The notes under the pieces were generated by a model that was not told where the DNA came from, searched no databases, and saw only the letters and a program-made list of their open reading frames with translations. 64,000 nucleotides of DNA from an uncultured virus (IMG/VR IMGVR_UViG_2061766007_000731) (taxonomy: Duplodnaviria; Heunggongvirae; Uroviricota; Caudoviricetes): IMG/VR virus record IMGVR_UViG_2061766007_000731; one strand, written 5' to 3'. Within the stretch, counting starts at the first letter, position 1. Each line of letters opens with the position of its first letter. The translations under genes and the position numbers were made by a program. This document shows, piece by piece, positions 1 to 8,002 of this stretch.

Positions 1-42
1 TCTAATATTTAGTTTCAAATAGTTTTAAACTATTTTACTTAT

Positions 43-985
43 CCTTCACACCACTAAAAGGTAAAAAGACCAATATGAAGGTGTAGGCTGAGTCTTGACC
101 TACTAAACTGCTATTTTCATATCTTTACGATACTTAAACACATCCTTTTGAGATAAGCAGCACACAGACGGATTAACAGGTTCCGCAACCACTACACTTG
201 ATTATATAAGATACTCCTTTCTTTAGAACTCCTTGCCAGGTTAACGAGACGCCTCCCGCTAGAACTTAAATACTCGTTTCACTTCATAAATTGCCTTGCG
301 AGCTTTTTATGTCCCCATATTACAGAGGAATAACTGTGTTGTTATCAAGTGTGAGCAACACTTTTTGCTATAATTTATATTAATAAATGTACAACATATG
401 ACCAAAATAAAGCGAGTGGTTGCTCTTTCATGGAATGCTGTCTTTTGAACAGTTTACCCATAAACTCGCTTTTGCTACTCATCTGCCAAGATTTTCACTT
501 TCGAACGAAACTCATCCTACCATTTCTGATATCTACAAGGTGGCTAACCGAGTAGTGTCCGCCAAGACATAGGGCGCTAACGTCTTATCATGTATGCTAT
601 AAGGATGGCTAATCCCGTTTGGCATATCAAGCATACTTATTGTGTCAGTGTTACCACTCAAGACAGGTTGGTCAAACCCATCCTAACTCGCTATCACATC
701 TGCCCGATGTTACACCACGAATCAGTTACAAGTATGGTCTTCTTTTAGACTGCTATTCACAGCGCGGTTTTATATGTTGATAATAAACCACTTTATCCCG
801 TTACCGGATTATCCTAACGACATGAGACTTGCCGATATGAGGACTAGTGTGTCACCTCATTGTAAGTCGCCAATCGACTCTTAGGGTCTCTATAAAGGGG
901 AGAACACCTAACCCTATATAATGTAAGCAAATAGGCTTCATATTCGACTAAAGATCGCTCTTTAGAGCTTTCATCCACCACTCTT
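43..985 (-). ncRNA. Candidate large structured ncRNA (GOLLD/ROOL-like size and architecture)
   Basis: About 950 nt with no ORF of 60 aa or more, GC-richer than its flanks, with many nested inverted repeats (43-52/72-81 with G-U pairs only on the minus strand, 336-341/356-361, 409-417/464-472). Two multibranch units each contain a UCAAAAG-loop hairpin. Boundaries are approximate. Confidence 0.55.
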
Positions 986-1138
986 TTATTTACTTATATT
1001 ATATTGTACCTAAAAAACTTCGGCGTTTAATAGGCTTTTTATATTGTTCTATAATAATTATTAATACTATAGGTGGTAATATACACATAATTATATATAA
1101 AAATGTGTATAATACTATTTCATAAATTGCATGCCACA

Positions 1139-1441
1139 TTATTTCATAATATTTTGACATGTATTAATATATTCCTGAAGCAACGTTTCAACAGGTTTTG
1201 TTAATTGTTCCTGAACTTTTTCAGAAAAATCTTTGGGAGCTACAGGAATTTCTACAGCTTCTTGAGAAATTGTAAATTTTCCTAGATTTTTTACTTCGAA
1301 ACCTTGTTTACTAAATCCTAAAGTTTTCATTGCATTCATAATAGCTGAAGAAAAAGCTCTATGTCTGTCAATGTTGGTTTTATAATAACCATCCAAATCT
1401 TTTTGAATAGCTATCGCTTGTTTGATTTTCTCTTGAAGCAT
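1139..1441 (-). CDS. Hypothetical protein (start may lie in the N gap)
   Basis: 100-aa ORF with AT-rich phage codon usage and a TAA stop. Confidence 0.65.
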   Translation of the reverse strand: MLQEKIKQAIAIQKDLDGYYKTNIDRHRAFSSAIMNAMKTLGFSKQGFEVKNLGKFTISQEAVEIPVAPKDFSEKVQEQLTKPVETLLQEYINTCQNIMK

Positions 1442-1554
1442 TTTATNNNNNNNNNNNNNNNNNNNNNNNNNNNNNNNNNNNNNNNNNNNNNNNNNNNNNN
1501 NNNNNNNNNNNNNNNNNNTTTAAGTCAGAATAATGTTACTGCAATATTAGTGTA

Positions 1555-1680
1555 TCTTGTTAGCCTGCATCATGCTTAGCAGGAGCCTTGGTTGTCAAGC
1601 CTAGGAAAACAACCAGTTGTATAGAGCTACGTATCTCTATTGACCTGGCCTGTTAAACGAATCTTAATCGTTATAACAGT
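1555..1680. ncRNA. Candidate small structured RNA
   Basis: Consecutive hairpins: cctgc/gcagg, cttg/caag, ccag..atagag/ctctat..ctgg and ctgtta..aacga/tcgtt..taacag. Confidence 0.35.
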
Positions 1681-1895
1681 AAAACTAAAGAAATATCAAA
1701 ATATATAATGATTGAGGAAGAAGTACACATCACTTACAATTCGCTCTATGAAGACAATCTCGACCAAAACCAATGAGCAAAACGTCGAGTAAATATTTCT
1801 TTAGTTATAATATGAGAGTTTACTATATATTTTAATAAGGTTAAACTTACAATTTGGTAATTATAGTTCCTACTTACTAACAGCCTTATTAATCA

Positions 1896-2828
1896 CTAGC
1901 TCTNNNNNNNNNNNNNNNNNNNNNNNNNNNNNNNNNNNNNNNNNNNNNNNNNNNNNNNNNNNNNNNNNNNNNNNNNNNNNNNNNNNNNNNNNNNNNNNNN
2001 NNNNNNNNNNNNNNNNNNNNNNNNNNNNNNNNNNNNNNNNNNNNNNNNNNNNNNNNNNNNNNNNNNNNNNNNNNNNNNNNNNNNNNNNNNNNNNNNNNNN
2101 NNNNNNNNNNNNNNNNNNNNNNNNNNNNNNNNNNNNNNNNNNNNNNNNNNNNNNNNNNNNNNNNNNNNNNNNNNNNNNNNNNNNNNNNNNNNNNNNNATT
2201 CTTCTTGTAAATAACCATGTTCTATTAAATAGTTATTATATTTTTTTACAGATGGAACAGATATTCCAAGCTTATTGGCTAAAGCTGTATTATTGAATGA
2301 ACATTTACCAACTCCTGTATCTTTATCATAAAGATATTGTTGAATGTCCATATAATATTCTTTGATATTTACTGGCATATCTAAATCTAAAAACTCATCT
2401 GTAAACATTTCAAAATGTTTATCAAATTCTGTTTTTGGAAAATAATAATAATTGGTATATTTTCCATTTGGTGCTTTTTTTTGAGCTTTTTTAATAAACC
2501 CAGCTTGTATTAATCTATCTATAGCACCAGTAATTTTCGATTGCCCGCAATGCGTTTTTTCTTTTATTTTTCTTAAAGATGGAAAACATTCACGTGTGTC
2601 ATTATTCATATATCTGCGTATAGCAGCGTAAATAACTTTATCACCAGCTTCAAGAATTCGCTGTTCGTTTTCATTGTCTATTAAAGAGACTTTACGATTA
2701 TCCAATTCATGNNNNNNNNNNNNNNNNNNNNNNNNNNNNNNNNNNNNNNNNNNNNNNNNNNNNNNNNNNNNNNNNNNNNNNNNNNNNNNNNNNNNNNNNN
2801 NNNNATCGAAAAAAGAATGGGTACGCAC
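1896..2828 (-). CDS. Double winged-HTH protein, replication-initiator-like (both ends in N gaps)
   Basis: Two HTH-like segments, FPSLRKIKEKTHCGQSKITGAIDRLIQAGFI and NNTALANKLGISVPSVKKYNNYLIEHGYL. Lies next to an iteron array. Confidence 0.65.
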   Translation of the reverse strand: MRTHSFFDXXXXXXXXXXXXXXXXXXXXXXXXXXXXXXXHELDNRKVSLIDNENEQRILEAGDKVIYAAIRRYMNNDTRECFPSLRKIKEKTHCGQSKITGAIDRLIQAGFIKKAQKKAPNGKYTNYYYFPKTEFDKHFEMFTDEFLDLDMPVNIKEYYMDIQQYLYDKDTGVGKCSFNNTALANKLGISVPSVKKYNNYLIEHGYLQEEXXXXXXXXXXXXXXXXXXXXXXXXXXXXXXXXXXXXXXXXXXXXXXXXXXXXXXXXXXXXXXXXXXXXXXXXXXXXXXXXXXXXXXXXXXXXXXXXXXXS

Positions 2829-2910
2829 ATCTTAAAAATGAGTACGCATGTTTTAAATCTGAGTACGCATATCTCATTTTTGGGTACGCAAAACTCAATT
2901 TTGGGTACCT
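2818..2910. repeat. Five iteron-like direct repeats TG(G/A)GTAC(GCA) with 21-bp period; putative replication origin
   Basis: G(G/A)GTAC cores start at 2819, 2840, 2861, 2882 and 2903. They are followed by AT-rich short repeats (aactatacttaa at 2911 and 2952). Confidence 0.75.
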
Positions 2911-2974
2911 AACTATACTTAATATACTTAATAGATTTAATAGACTTAATGAACTATACTTAACGCGCGTGAGA

Positions 2975-3048
2975 AAATCTAAGGAGAGTTGATATATACT
3001 AAGGCCATGACTGAAGAAAAATAAAAAAATTTAACTCTCCTTAGATTT
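2975..3048. repeat. 16-bp perfect inverted repeat next to the iterons
   Basis: aaatctaaggagagtt (2975-2990) and aactctccttagattt (3033-3048). Confidence 0.8.
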
Positions 3049-3269
3049 AAAAATACGATTTTAAAGGCTAATCGTGAACCAGTCAATGGATAAAATATGT
3101 GGGCTCATATCTTTTATATCCTTAGTGTTGATTTGGTTAAACAGAGTGTTTACTGTTAGGGAGTACAACATCCTTCCCATACTTTTTGACATTTACCATT
3201 CTAAATCCCATAAACGCAAAAACCTTTTGAAGTTATATAATCTTCACAGGATAAAAAATAAAAAATTGA

Positions 3270-3605
3270 TTGTAACCTTACCAAGGTAGCTCATGTTCTT
3301 ATCATATGTAGCTCTCAGCACGGATCCCGGTCGACTGTCTACAAATTTTATCAAAAGATAAAACTAAAGCGTTAATTTCATAGAAATCAACGATTCACTT
3401 TAATGATACACTATGTTACTGACATGATGATACTATACAGGTTTGTCAATCTACACGCGTTCGATTAACCTCTCTGCCCGCTTTCTCAGTCCTAGTTACG
3501 GGAAATATTTGCTTTTGTAAGAAACAATAAACTTTCTAGTCTATCCTAGATGCCTAGCAATGTCTGGAAAAAAACCTTAAAATTTAAAAGTTAAAGACAT
3601 TGCGA
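3270..3605 (-). ncRNA. Candidate structured ncRNA
   Basis: ORF-free. Hairpins gcaatgtct/agacattgc, cccg/cggg, cgttgatttc/gaaattaacg and taaagtg/cgcttta, with G-U pairs favouring the minus strand. Confidence 0.35.
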
Positions 3606-3661
3606 TAGTACATATTTTTTTCTATGATGTGATTTTTGAGCAATTTAGTTTCATATAATAT

Positions 3662-3777
3662 TGGCGGTAAGGAGGTTACACCCTCTTATCTCAATCTTTA
3701 CATTACTTATCTAGACCGCCACGTAACGGCATTACTCATGGTCTAGTGGCTGCTTGTTAACCAAGCAGTCCTTCCGC
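3662..3777 (-). ncRNA. tRNA-like RNA ending in CCA with an expanded anticodon-position arm
   Basis: 5' GCGGAAGG pairs with 3' CCTTACCGC-CA. Internal stems are CTGCTTG/CAAGCAG, CTAGACC/GGTCTAG and GAGG/CCTC. Confidence 0.45.
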
Positions 3778-4199
3778 TATAACTTCAATTATATTTAATT
3801 AATTAGTAGTCTACTCGTGCAATACTTTCGAGGTAATCAAAAATATAATCTATCAACTTGGCAATGGGAAGAAGTTAAAATCGCCTGTTCTGGTGGCGTA
3901 ACCAAAAAAAGTACTATTACTTAAACCTTAACCCAGAGTTTTGAGAATAGTAATCGCTACGGGAGTTATTATGAAATCTATTCAAACACATGTTTTTATA
4001 ATAAAAAAACAACAATTCTAAGAAATCATCTCTTTTTACTTCCATAACCACAGAAGACCGAGGACTAGTTTCTCGACGCAAGACTCGGCATTTTGTCAGC
4101 AAATCAAAAAAATGTCAGAATTACTTCTAACGTTACTGGAATTTATTTACATCTGCCCAATACAGATGTTCTATATATTACTTAAATAAATAAGATATA

Positions 4200-4239
4200 G
4201 AAAAAATAAGCTTCTAGAACCTAAATTCTAGAAGCTTAT
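4200..4239 (-). terminator. Intrinsic terminator
   Basis: 14-bp perfect inverted repeat ataagcttctagaa/ttctagaagcttat followed by a T run on the minus strand, immediately after the 4243..4752 gene. Confidence 0.8.
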
Positions 4240-4242
4240 ATG

Positions 4243-4752
4243 TTACTTTGTGCAAATTTCAATCAACTGAACTAGTTCAGAGAGTTTTAATTCTGCACAA
4301 TCGAGAATGGTTTGGAGCTTATTTTTGGCATCAATAAGTTGATGTCTACGAGCAAGCTCTTGTTCTAGTTCTTCTATCGAAAAACTAGAAAGGGTGTTAC
4401 AATGGTTTTTTGCCATAGTTTCTCTTTTCTTACGAAGCATTTCTTCTTTCTTTTCCGGAGACATAGGTCCTCCAATCTTCGTACGAATCTGATACTTATC
4501 ACAATACATAACCATATTTTCATTTGAAAACATAGTAGGCTGAACTGCGATTTTATACACCCGGCCATATTTGTGATTCTGCAAAAAGAAGTTTTCTGCC
4601 ACACATGCGTTAAACAAACGAAGAAGTTCTTGTTCATTCGCATTATGAGGTTTCTTTTTTAAAGCTTGAACAAATGCTTTTTTGTTCGTGTACTCATGCT
4701 CACGCACGTATAATGCGAGATCTTGAGCTAGTTTGTTAATATTAATACACAT
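4243..4752 (-). CDS. Hypothetical protein with basic/coiled-coil C-terminus
   Basis: 169-aa ORF with an AT-rich leader and a downstream terminator. Confidence 0.75.
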   Translation of the reverse strand: MCININKLAQDLALYVREHEYTNKKAFVQALKKKPHNANEQELLRLFNACVAENFFLQNHKYGRVYKIAVQPTMFSNENMVMYCDKYQIRTKIGGPMSPEKKEEMLRKKRETMAKNHCNTLSSFSIEELEQELARRHQLIDAKNKLQTILDCAELKLSELVQLIEICTK

Positions 4753-5116
4753 TGATTTAATTTTTATAACACTTAATATTGTCCTCTGTATTTATACTGG
4801 CTTGGAACAGTCTTTGGCTACATTACAATATTCCCTCTTTTCTATTGCCTAACTGAAAGTCAAAATAAAAGATAGCTGGTCTTTTATTTCAGTTAGCTGC
4901 AGTGCAATAGAAAAGAGAGTATAATCTTCATGACTTCAATGGGAGCCTGCTAATGTCACGTGCCATTTAGCTGCATATTCTTTGAAATTATCTCAAGTAT
5001 AAACCTCTGTACTCCTTGGAGGGGAAACATATGAGGAATACTCTCATATCTTATCCTAAGCCCTGTTTGTCAGGTAGGACTTTAGTGCCCTTAGTTCGTA
5101 NNNNNNNNNNGTTATC

Positions 5117-5269
5117 CTAAGCCCTGTTTGTCAGGTAGGACTTTAGTGCCCTTAGTTCGTAGTCGAACAACCAGCTTGTCAGGCATTTATTATTAACATA
5201 CTGAGTATCCAGTATCGGCCTGTAATAATATAGCCTTATCCCCGAAGGGAACGACAAGCAATTTTTCAT
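5117..5269 (-). CDS. Small hypothetical protein (MKNCLSFP...)
   Basis: ATG preceded by an A-rich leader within the 5117..5341 ORF. The 3' end is duplicated across the N gap. Confidence 0.35.
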   Translation of the reverse strand: MKNCLSFPSGIRLYYYRPILDTQYVNNKCLTSWLFDYELRALKSYLTNRA

Positions 5270-5636
5270 GTTTTTTATCTCGATGTTTCCGACCAAAGAA
5301 ACACCGAGGTGTTTGTAATTGGCGTGCCCTTTATGGGCCAAAAATAAAAAAACATATGCCTATGGCTAACACTACTCCTTTAGACTTACAACAATAGCTG
5401 CTATTTTCTTTCGATGCATAGGACTTATTAAAAAATTTTAAGTGTTATAAAAATCAGGTGGTTGAATACATTTAGTGATTATATAATAACCATTTCGTGT
5501 ATCATACACCTCGTAAAATCCGTGATCAGGAAATCCTTTACCGTTAACGACTTGCAGTCGATCGCCGTTAACGGTAAGTATTTCCTTGAAGGGTGGGGAG
5601 AGTCACCCTTTGAAGGTTAGCAATCTGGTATATGGA

Positions 5637-6248
5637 TTACTTAACGAAATCATACACCATTGCAGCCTGTTCCACATACTCATCCTGGATAGGCTGGCGA
5701 TTGACAAACTTCTGATAGAAGAACTTCTTGTCAGAACGTTTGGCGGTAATCGTCTTACCAGCGAGCATGTTGGTGAGCATGTTCCATGGGGACTTGCAGG
5801 CTTCAAGCTTTTTGTTAAAATCTCCCGGATCGATCACTCGCGCTGCACCCTGAATCTTGCCATTCGCATCCTTTTCGAGACCAGCGATGTCATAATGGCG
5901 ACGAAGAATTCCGCCAACATTGATGAAGTCCTGCTTCACGGCCACTTCGTCCTTGCCGTTCTTGAAGAACCGCTTTACGAGAGCATACACATTGGTAAAG
6001 GTGTTACCGTTACGAGATTTGCTCTCAGTAACAATGAGGGTGTGCTCAGGATCATTTGCATAATCCTCCATCGGAAGGAACGCGGCACATTCGCCGTCAG
6101 TAAGCGCAGAAGCGTTCATCTGACCAGCCTCTTGGACAGCCTTAATCATTTCTTCCTTGTTTTCAAATTCAACGACGTTCGTACTGTCGTTAAGGCGAGA
6201 CTCAAGACGCTCGCGTGCGGCTTCAGCCGCTTTCAAATCTACTGCCAT
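5637..6248 (-). CDS. Hypothetical early protein, 203 aa (MAVDLK...)
   Basis: ATG at 6248 after an A-rich leader; protein-like composition; TAA stop. Confidence 0.8.
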   Translation of the reverse strand: MAVDLKAAEAARERLESRLNDSTNVVEFENKEEMIKAVQEAGQMNASALTDGECAAFLPMEDYANDPEHTLIVTESKSRNGNTFTNVYALVKRFFKNGKDEVAVKQDFINVGGILRRHYDIAGLEKDANGKIQGAARVIDPGDFNKKLEACKSPWNMLTNMLAGKTITAKRSDKKFFYQKFVNRQPIQDEYVEQAAMVYDFVK

Positions 6249-6406
6249 AATGTAAAAAATATTTGGTTTCTTTTGTTTGTATACTACGGTCACGAATGTG
6301 ACAAGGGTTTTGTGTTCAGGGCCGTTAGGCCCAGTCAGTAGGTAAAAAAATAAGCCCCGCAACACACATGGAGTGTGAAGCGAGGCTTAAGACAGTTACA
6401 GGACCA

Positions 6407-6787
6407 CTATCGAATTTTGATACGATCCACCATTGTGTTGATATACTTGGCTTTAGGCATATACCTATTAGGACACACACCTTGACCAATGTAAATACGT
6501 GAATCCCAGAATCCTATGAAGAAATGCCAATCCCAGGTTCCCAAGGAAAGTTCAATGACAATTTTGTTGTCATTCCAACCTTCTGGAAGAGATTTGCGGA
6601 TATCTTTGAGGATTGAGATAAATTTCTCTTCTTCATCATTGGGATACGAACTATTTTCATAGAGCAGGTCTACAGCCATAGATTCATATCCATATACACG
6701 AAGGAGATAGATAGGTCGTTCAGGATCTGTGAGTTTCTCATAGAGATTTCCACAGTCCTTAAGATAATCTAAATCTAATTCTCTCAT
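6407..6787 (-). CDS. Hypothetical early protein
   Basis: 126-aa ORF whose Trp residues are all TGG. Confidence 0.75.
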   Translation of the reverse strand: MRELDLDYLKDCGNLYEKLTDPERPIYLLRVYGYESMAVDLLYENSSYPNDEEEKFISILKDIRKSLPEGWNDNKIVIELSLGTWDWHFFIGFWDSRIYIGQGVCPNRYMPKAKYINTMVDRIKIR

Positions 6788-6867
6788 GGCAGTGAATTTG
6801 ATTTTGTTAAATAACTTAAAGAAGCTCCCTACCCTACAATGGCAGGGAGCTGATGAGAATACACAGA

Positions 6868-7206
6868 CTAGCGAATCACCTCGCCAGTTTCGGGATCGAT
6901 GCGAGGCTCTTCCTCGAACACAGTAGCTTTATCGCCACCGTTGAGGCAGAGCTTGCGGAGGAAGATCATCACCAGATTGGCGATGTCCTCCAGTTCATCG
7001 ATCTTCGGCGCAACAGGGCGCTCATTGTTCTGACGGAACTCTTCCTGCTCATGGTAGGAAAGAGCCTGGTAGGCCCGATAAGCCTCCAAACGTTTCTGGA
7101 GCTCATCGTAGCGTTCGACCGTATGAGTAATCTCATACTGGTCCATCAGACTCAGCGTGATCTGCACGCCACAGTGACCCATGGTCTCCAAATTCTTCAA
7201 CTTCAT
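6868..7206 (-). CDS. Hypothetical early protein with DPETGEV C-terminus
   Basis: 112-aa ORF ending in IDPETGEVIR, a tail common in phage proteins. Confidence 0.75.
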   Translation of the reverse strand: MKLKNLETMGHCGVQITLSLMDQYEITHTVERYDELQKRLEAYRAYQALSYHEQEEFRQNNERPVAPKIDELEDIANLVMIFLRKLCLNGGDKATVFEEEPRIDPETGEVIR

Positions 7207-7264
7207 GACGAAATTGGGCAGTTGTTAAGGTGACTATCCTGTGGTAGTCTTTGCCAGCCAGTTA

Positions 7265-7337
7265 TGGTAGCTCCTAGTCGAATCGAACGACCCTATTTAG
7301 TATAATCATACTAATAGTACCATGTTGAATAGGAGCT
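7265..7337 (-). tRNA. Atypical tRNA-like gene with intact acceptor stem, T-arm and CCA but non-canonical D and anticodon arms
   Basis: 73 nt: AGCTCCT...GGTCG TTCGATT CGACT AGGAGCT A CCA. The central hairpin TTAGTA-TGATTA-TACTAA lacks a 7-nt anticodon loop. Confidence 0.65.
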
Positions 7338-7344
7338 AGAGAGA

Positions 7345-7443
7345 TTAATGATTTCTAGAACCTGGATCATCGGTCGCTGCACCAATGATGATAACGATAA
7401 TAAGAATCGCTCCCATTATCTCGAATAACCACCATGTACTCAT
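7345..7443 (-). CDS. Small membrane peptide, 32 aa (MSTWWLFEIMGAILIIVIIIGAA...)
   Basis: ATG overlaps the upstream TGA stop (ATGA); hydrophobic stretch; Trp is TGG. Confidence 0.5.
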   Translation of the reverse strand: MSTWWLFEIMGAILIIVIIIGAATDDPGSRNH

Positions 7444-7592
7444 CTTGAGACAATTACAGGGTTAAACATTGAGGCGTTTCCGCCATAGATCCGAGGACAT
7501 ACATATTTGCAATATGCCCAAGCAGAATCTAAGCTCCTGAAGTACTTATTTTCCTCCAGGAGTTTAGATCCGAGATAAATGTTTACTCTCAT
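7440..7592 (-). CDS. Small hypothetical protein (MRVNIYLG...)
   Basis: ATGA-coupled to neighbours at both ends; ends in TGA. Confidence 0.55.
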   Translation of the reverse strand: MRVNIYLGSKLLEENKYFRSLDSAWAYCKYVCPRIYGGNASMFNPVIVSR

Positions 7593-7879
7593 TTGCGCAT
7601 GGCTTTGAGAGTGAACATCAAGATTTCCATAGGAGCTGGAGTGTAAGGTTTTCCACAAACCTTAAGACTTTCGCTCCGTCTTTCATGGATCCATTTTCTT
7701 ACAAGCGGAAGCGCCTTTTCAAGAGGCTCCACGTTGTAAGTATATGTGAATCCATGCAGAACAGCAATTCTGCGGATGGAAAATTGATCATGCGGTATAC
7801 CGTGCATGTCGGTGATCCTCATGTATTGTCCAACGATTCGGAGGATCCGCTCATCGTAGACTTCTTTCTTTAATCTCAC
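7589..7879 (-). CDS. Hypothetical early protein
   Basis: 96-aa ORF with a GTG start; its TGA stop overlaps the next ATG. Confidence 0.6.
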   Translation of the reverse strand: MRLKKEVYDERILRIVGQYMRITDMHGIPHDQFSIRRIAVLHGFTYTYNVEPLEKALPLVRKWIHERRSESLKVCGKPYTPAPMEILMFTLKAMRK

Positions 7880-7967
7880 GACCGTAGTTTTTTATGAGAT
7901 TTAAGAATATACGCTTGTATTCACCATCGAGCAAAGCATTAACTCTTGATGGTGTAATATTACTCAT
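7851..7967 (-). CDS. Small hypothetical protein (MSNITPSR...)
   Basis: Fills the gap between neighbours; TGA stop. Confidence 0.35.
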   Translation of the reverse strand: MSNITPSRVNALLDGEYKRIFLNLIKNYGREIKERSLR

Positions 7968-8002
7968 CGCTTGGATGAGGAAATAGATACATGTCGGCAG
8001 AT

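Noticed and set aside
2818..2910. CRISPR array
   Set aside because: The repeat core is about 9 bp with a 21-bp period, far too short for repeats plus spacers; no cas operon.
3859..3905. Possible degenerate tRNA 3' end (TGG... on the plus strand)
   Set aside because: No matching acceptor-stem partner or T-arm could be built.
5051..5161. ~50-bp direct repeat on either side of a 10-N gap
   Set aside because: Exact duplication across a scaffold gap; most likely a contig-overlap artefact.
7265..7337. UGA-suppressor tRNA-Trp(UCA)
   Set aside because: No TCA triplet in the anticodon-position loop and no canonical 7-nt loop.
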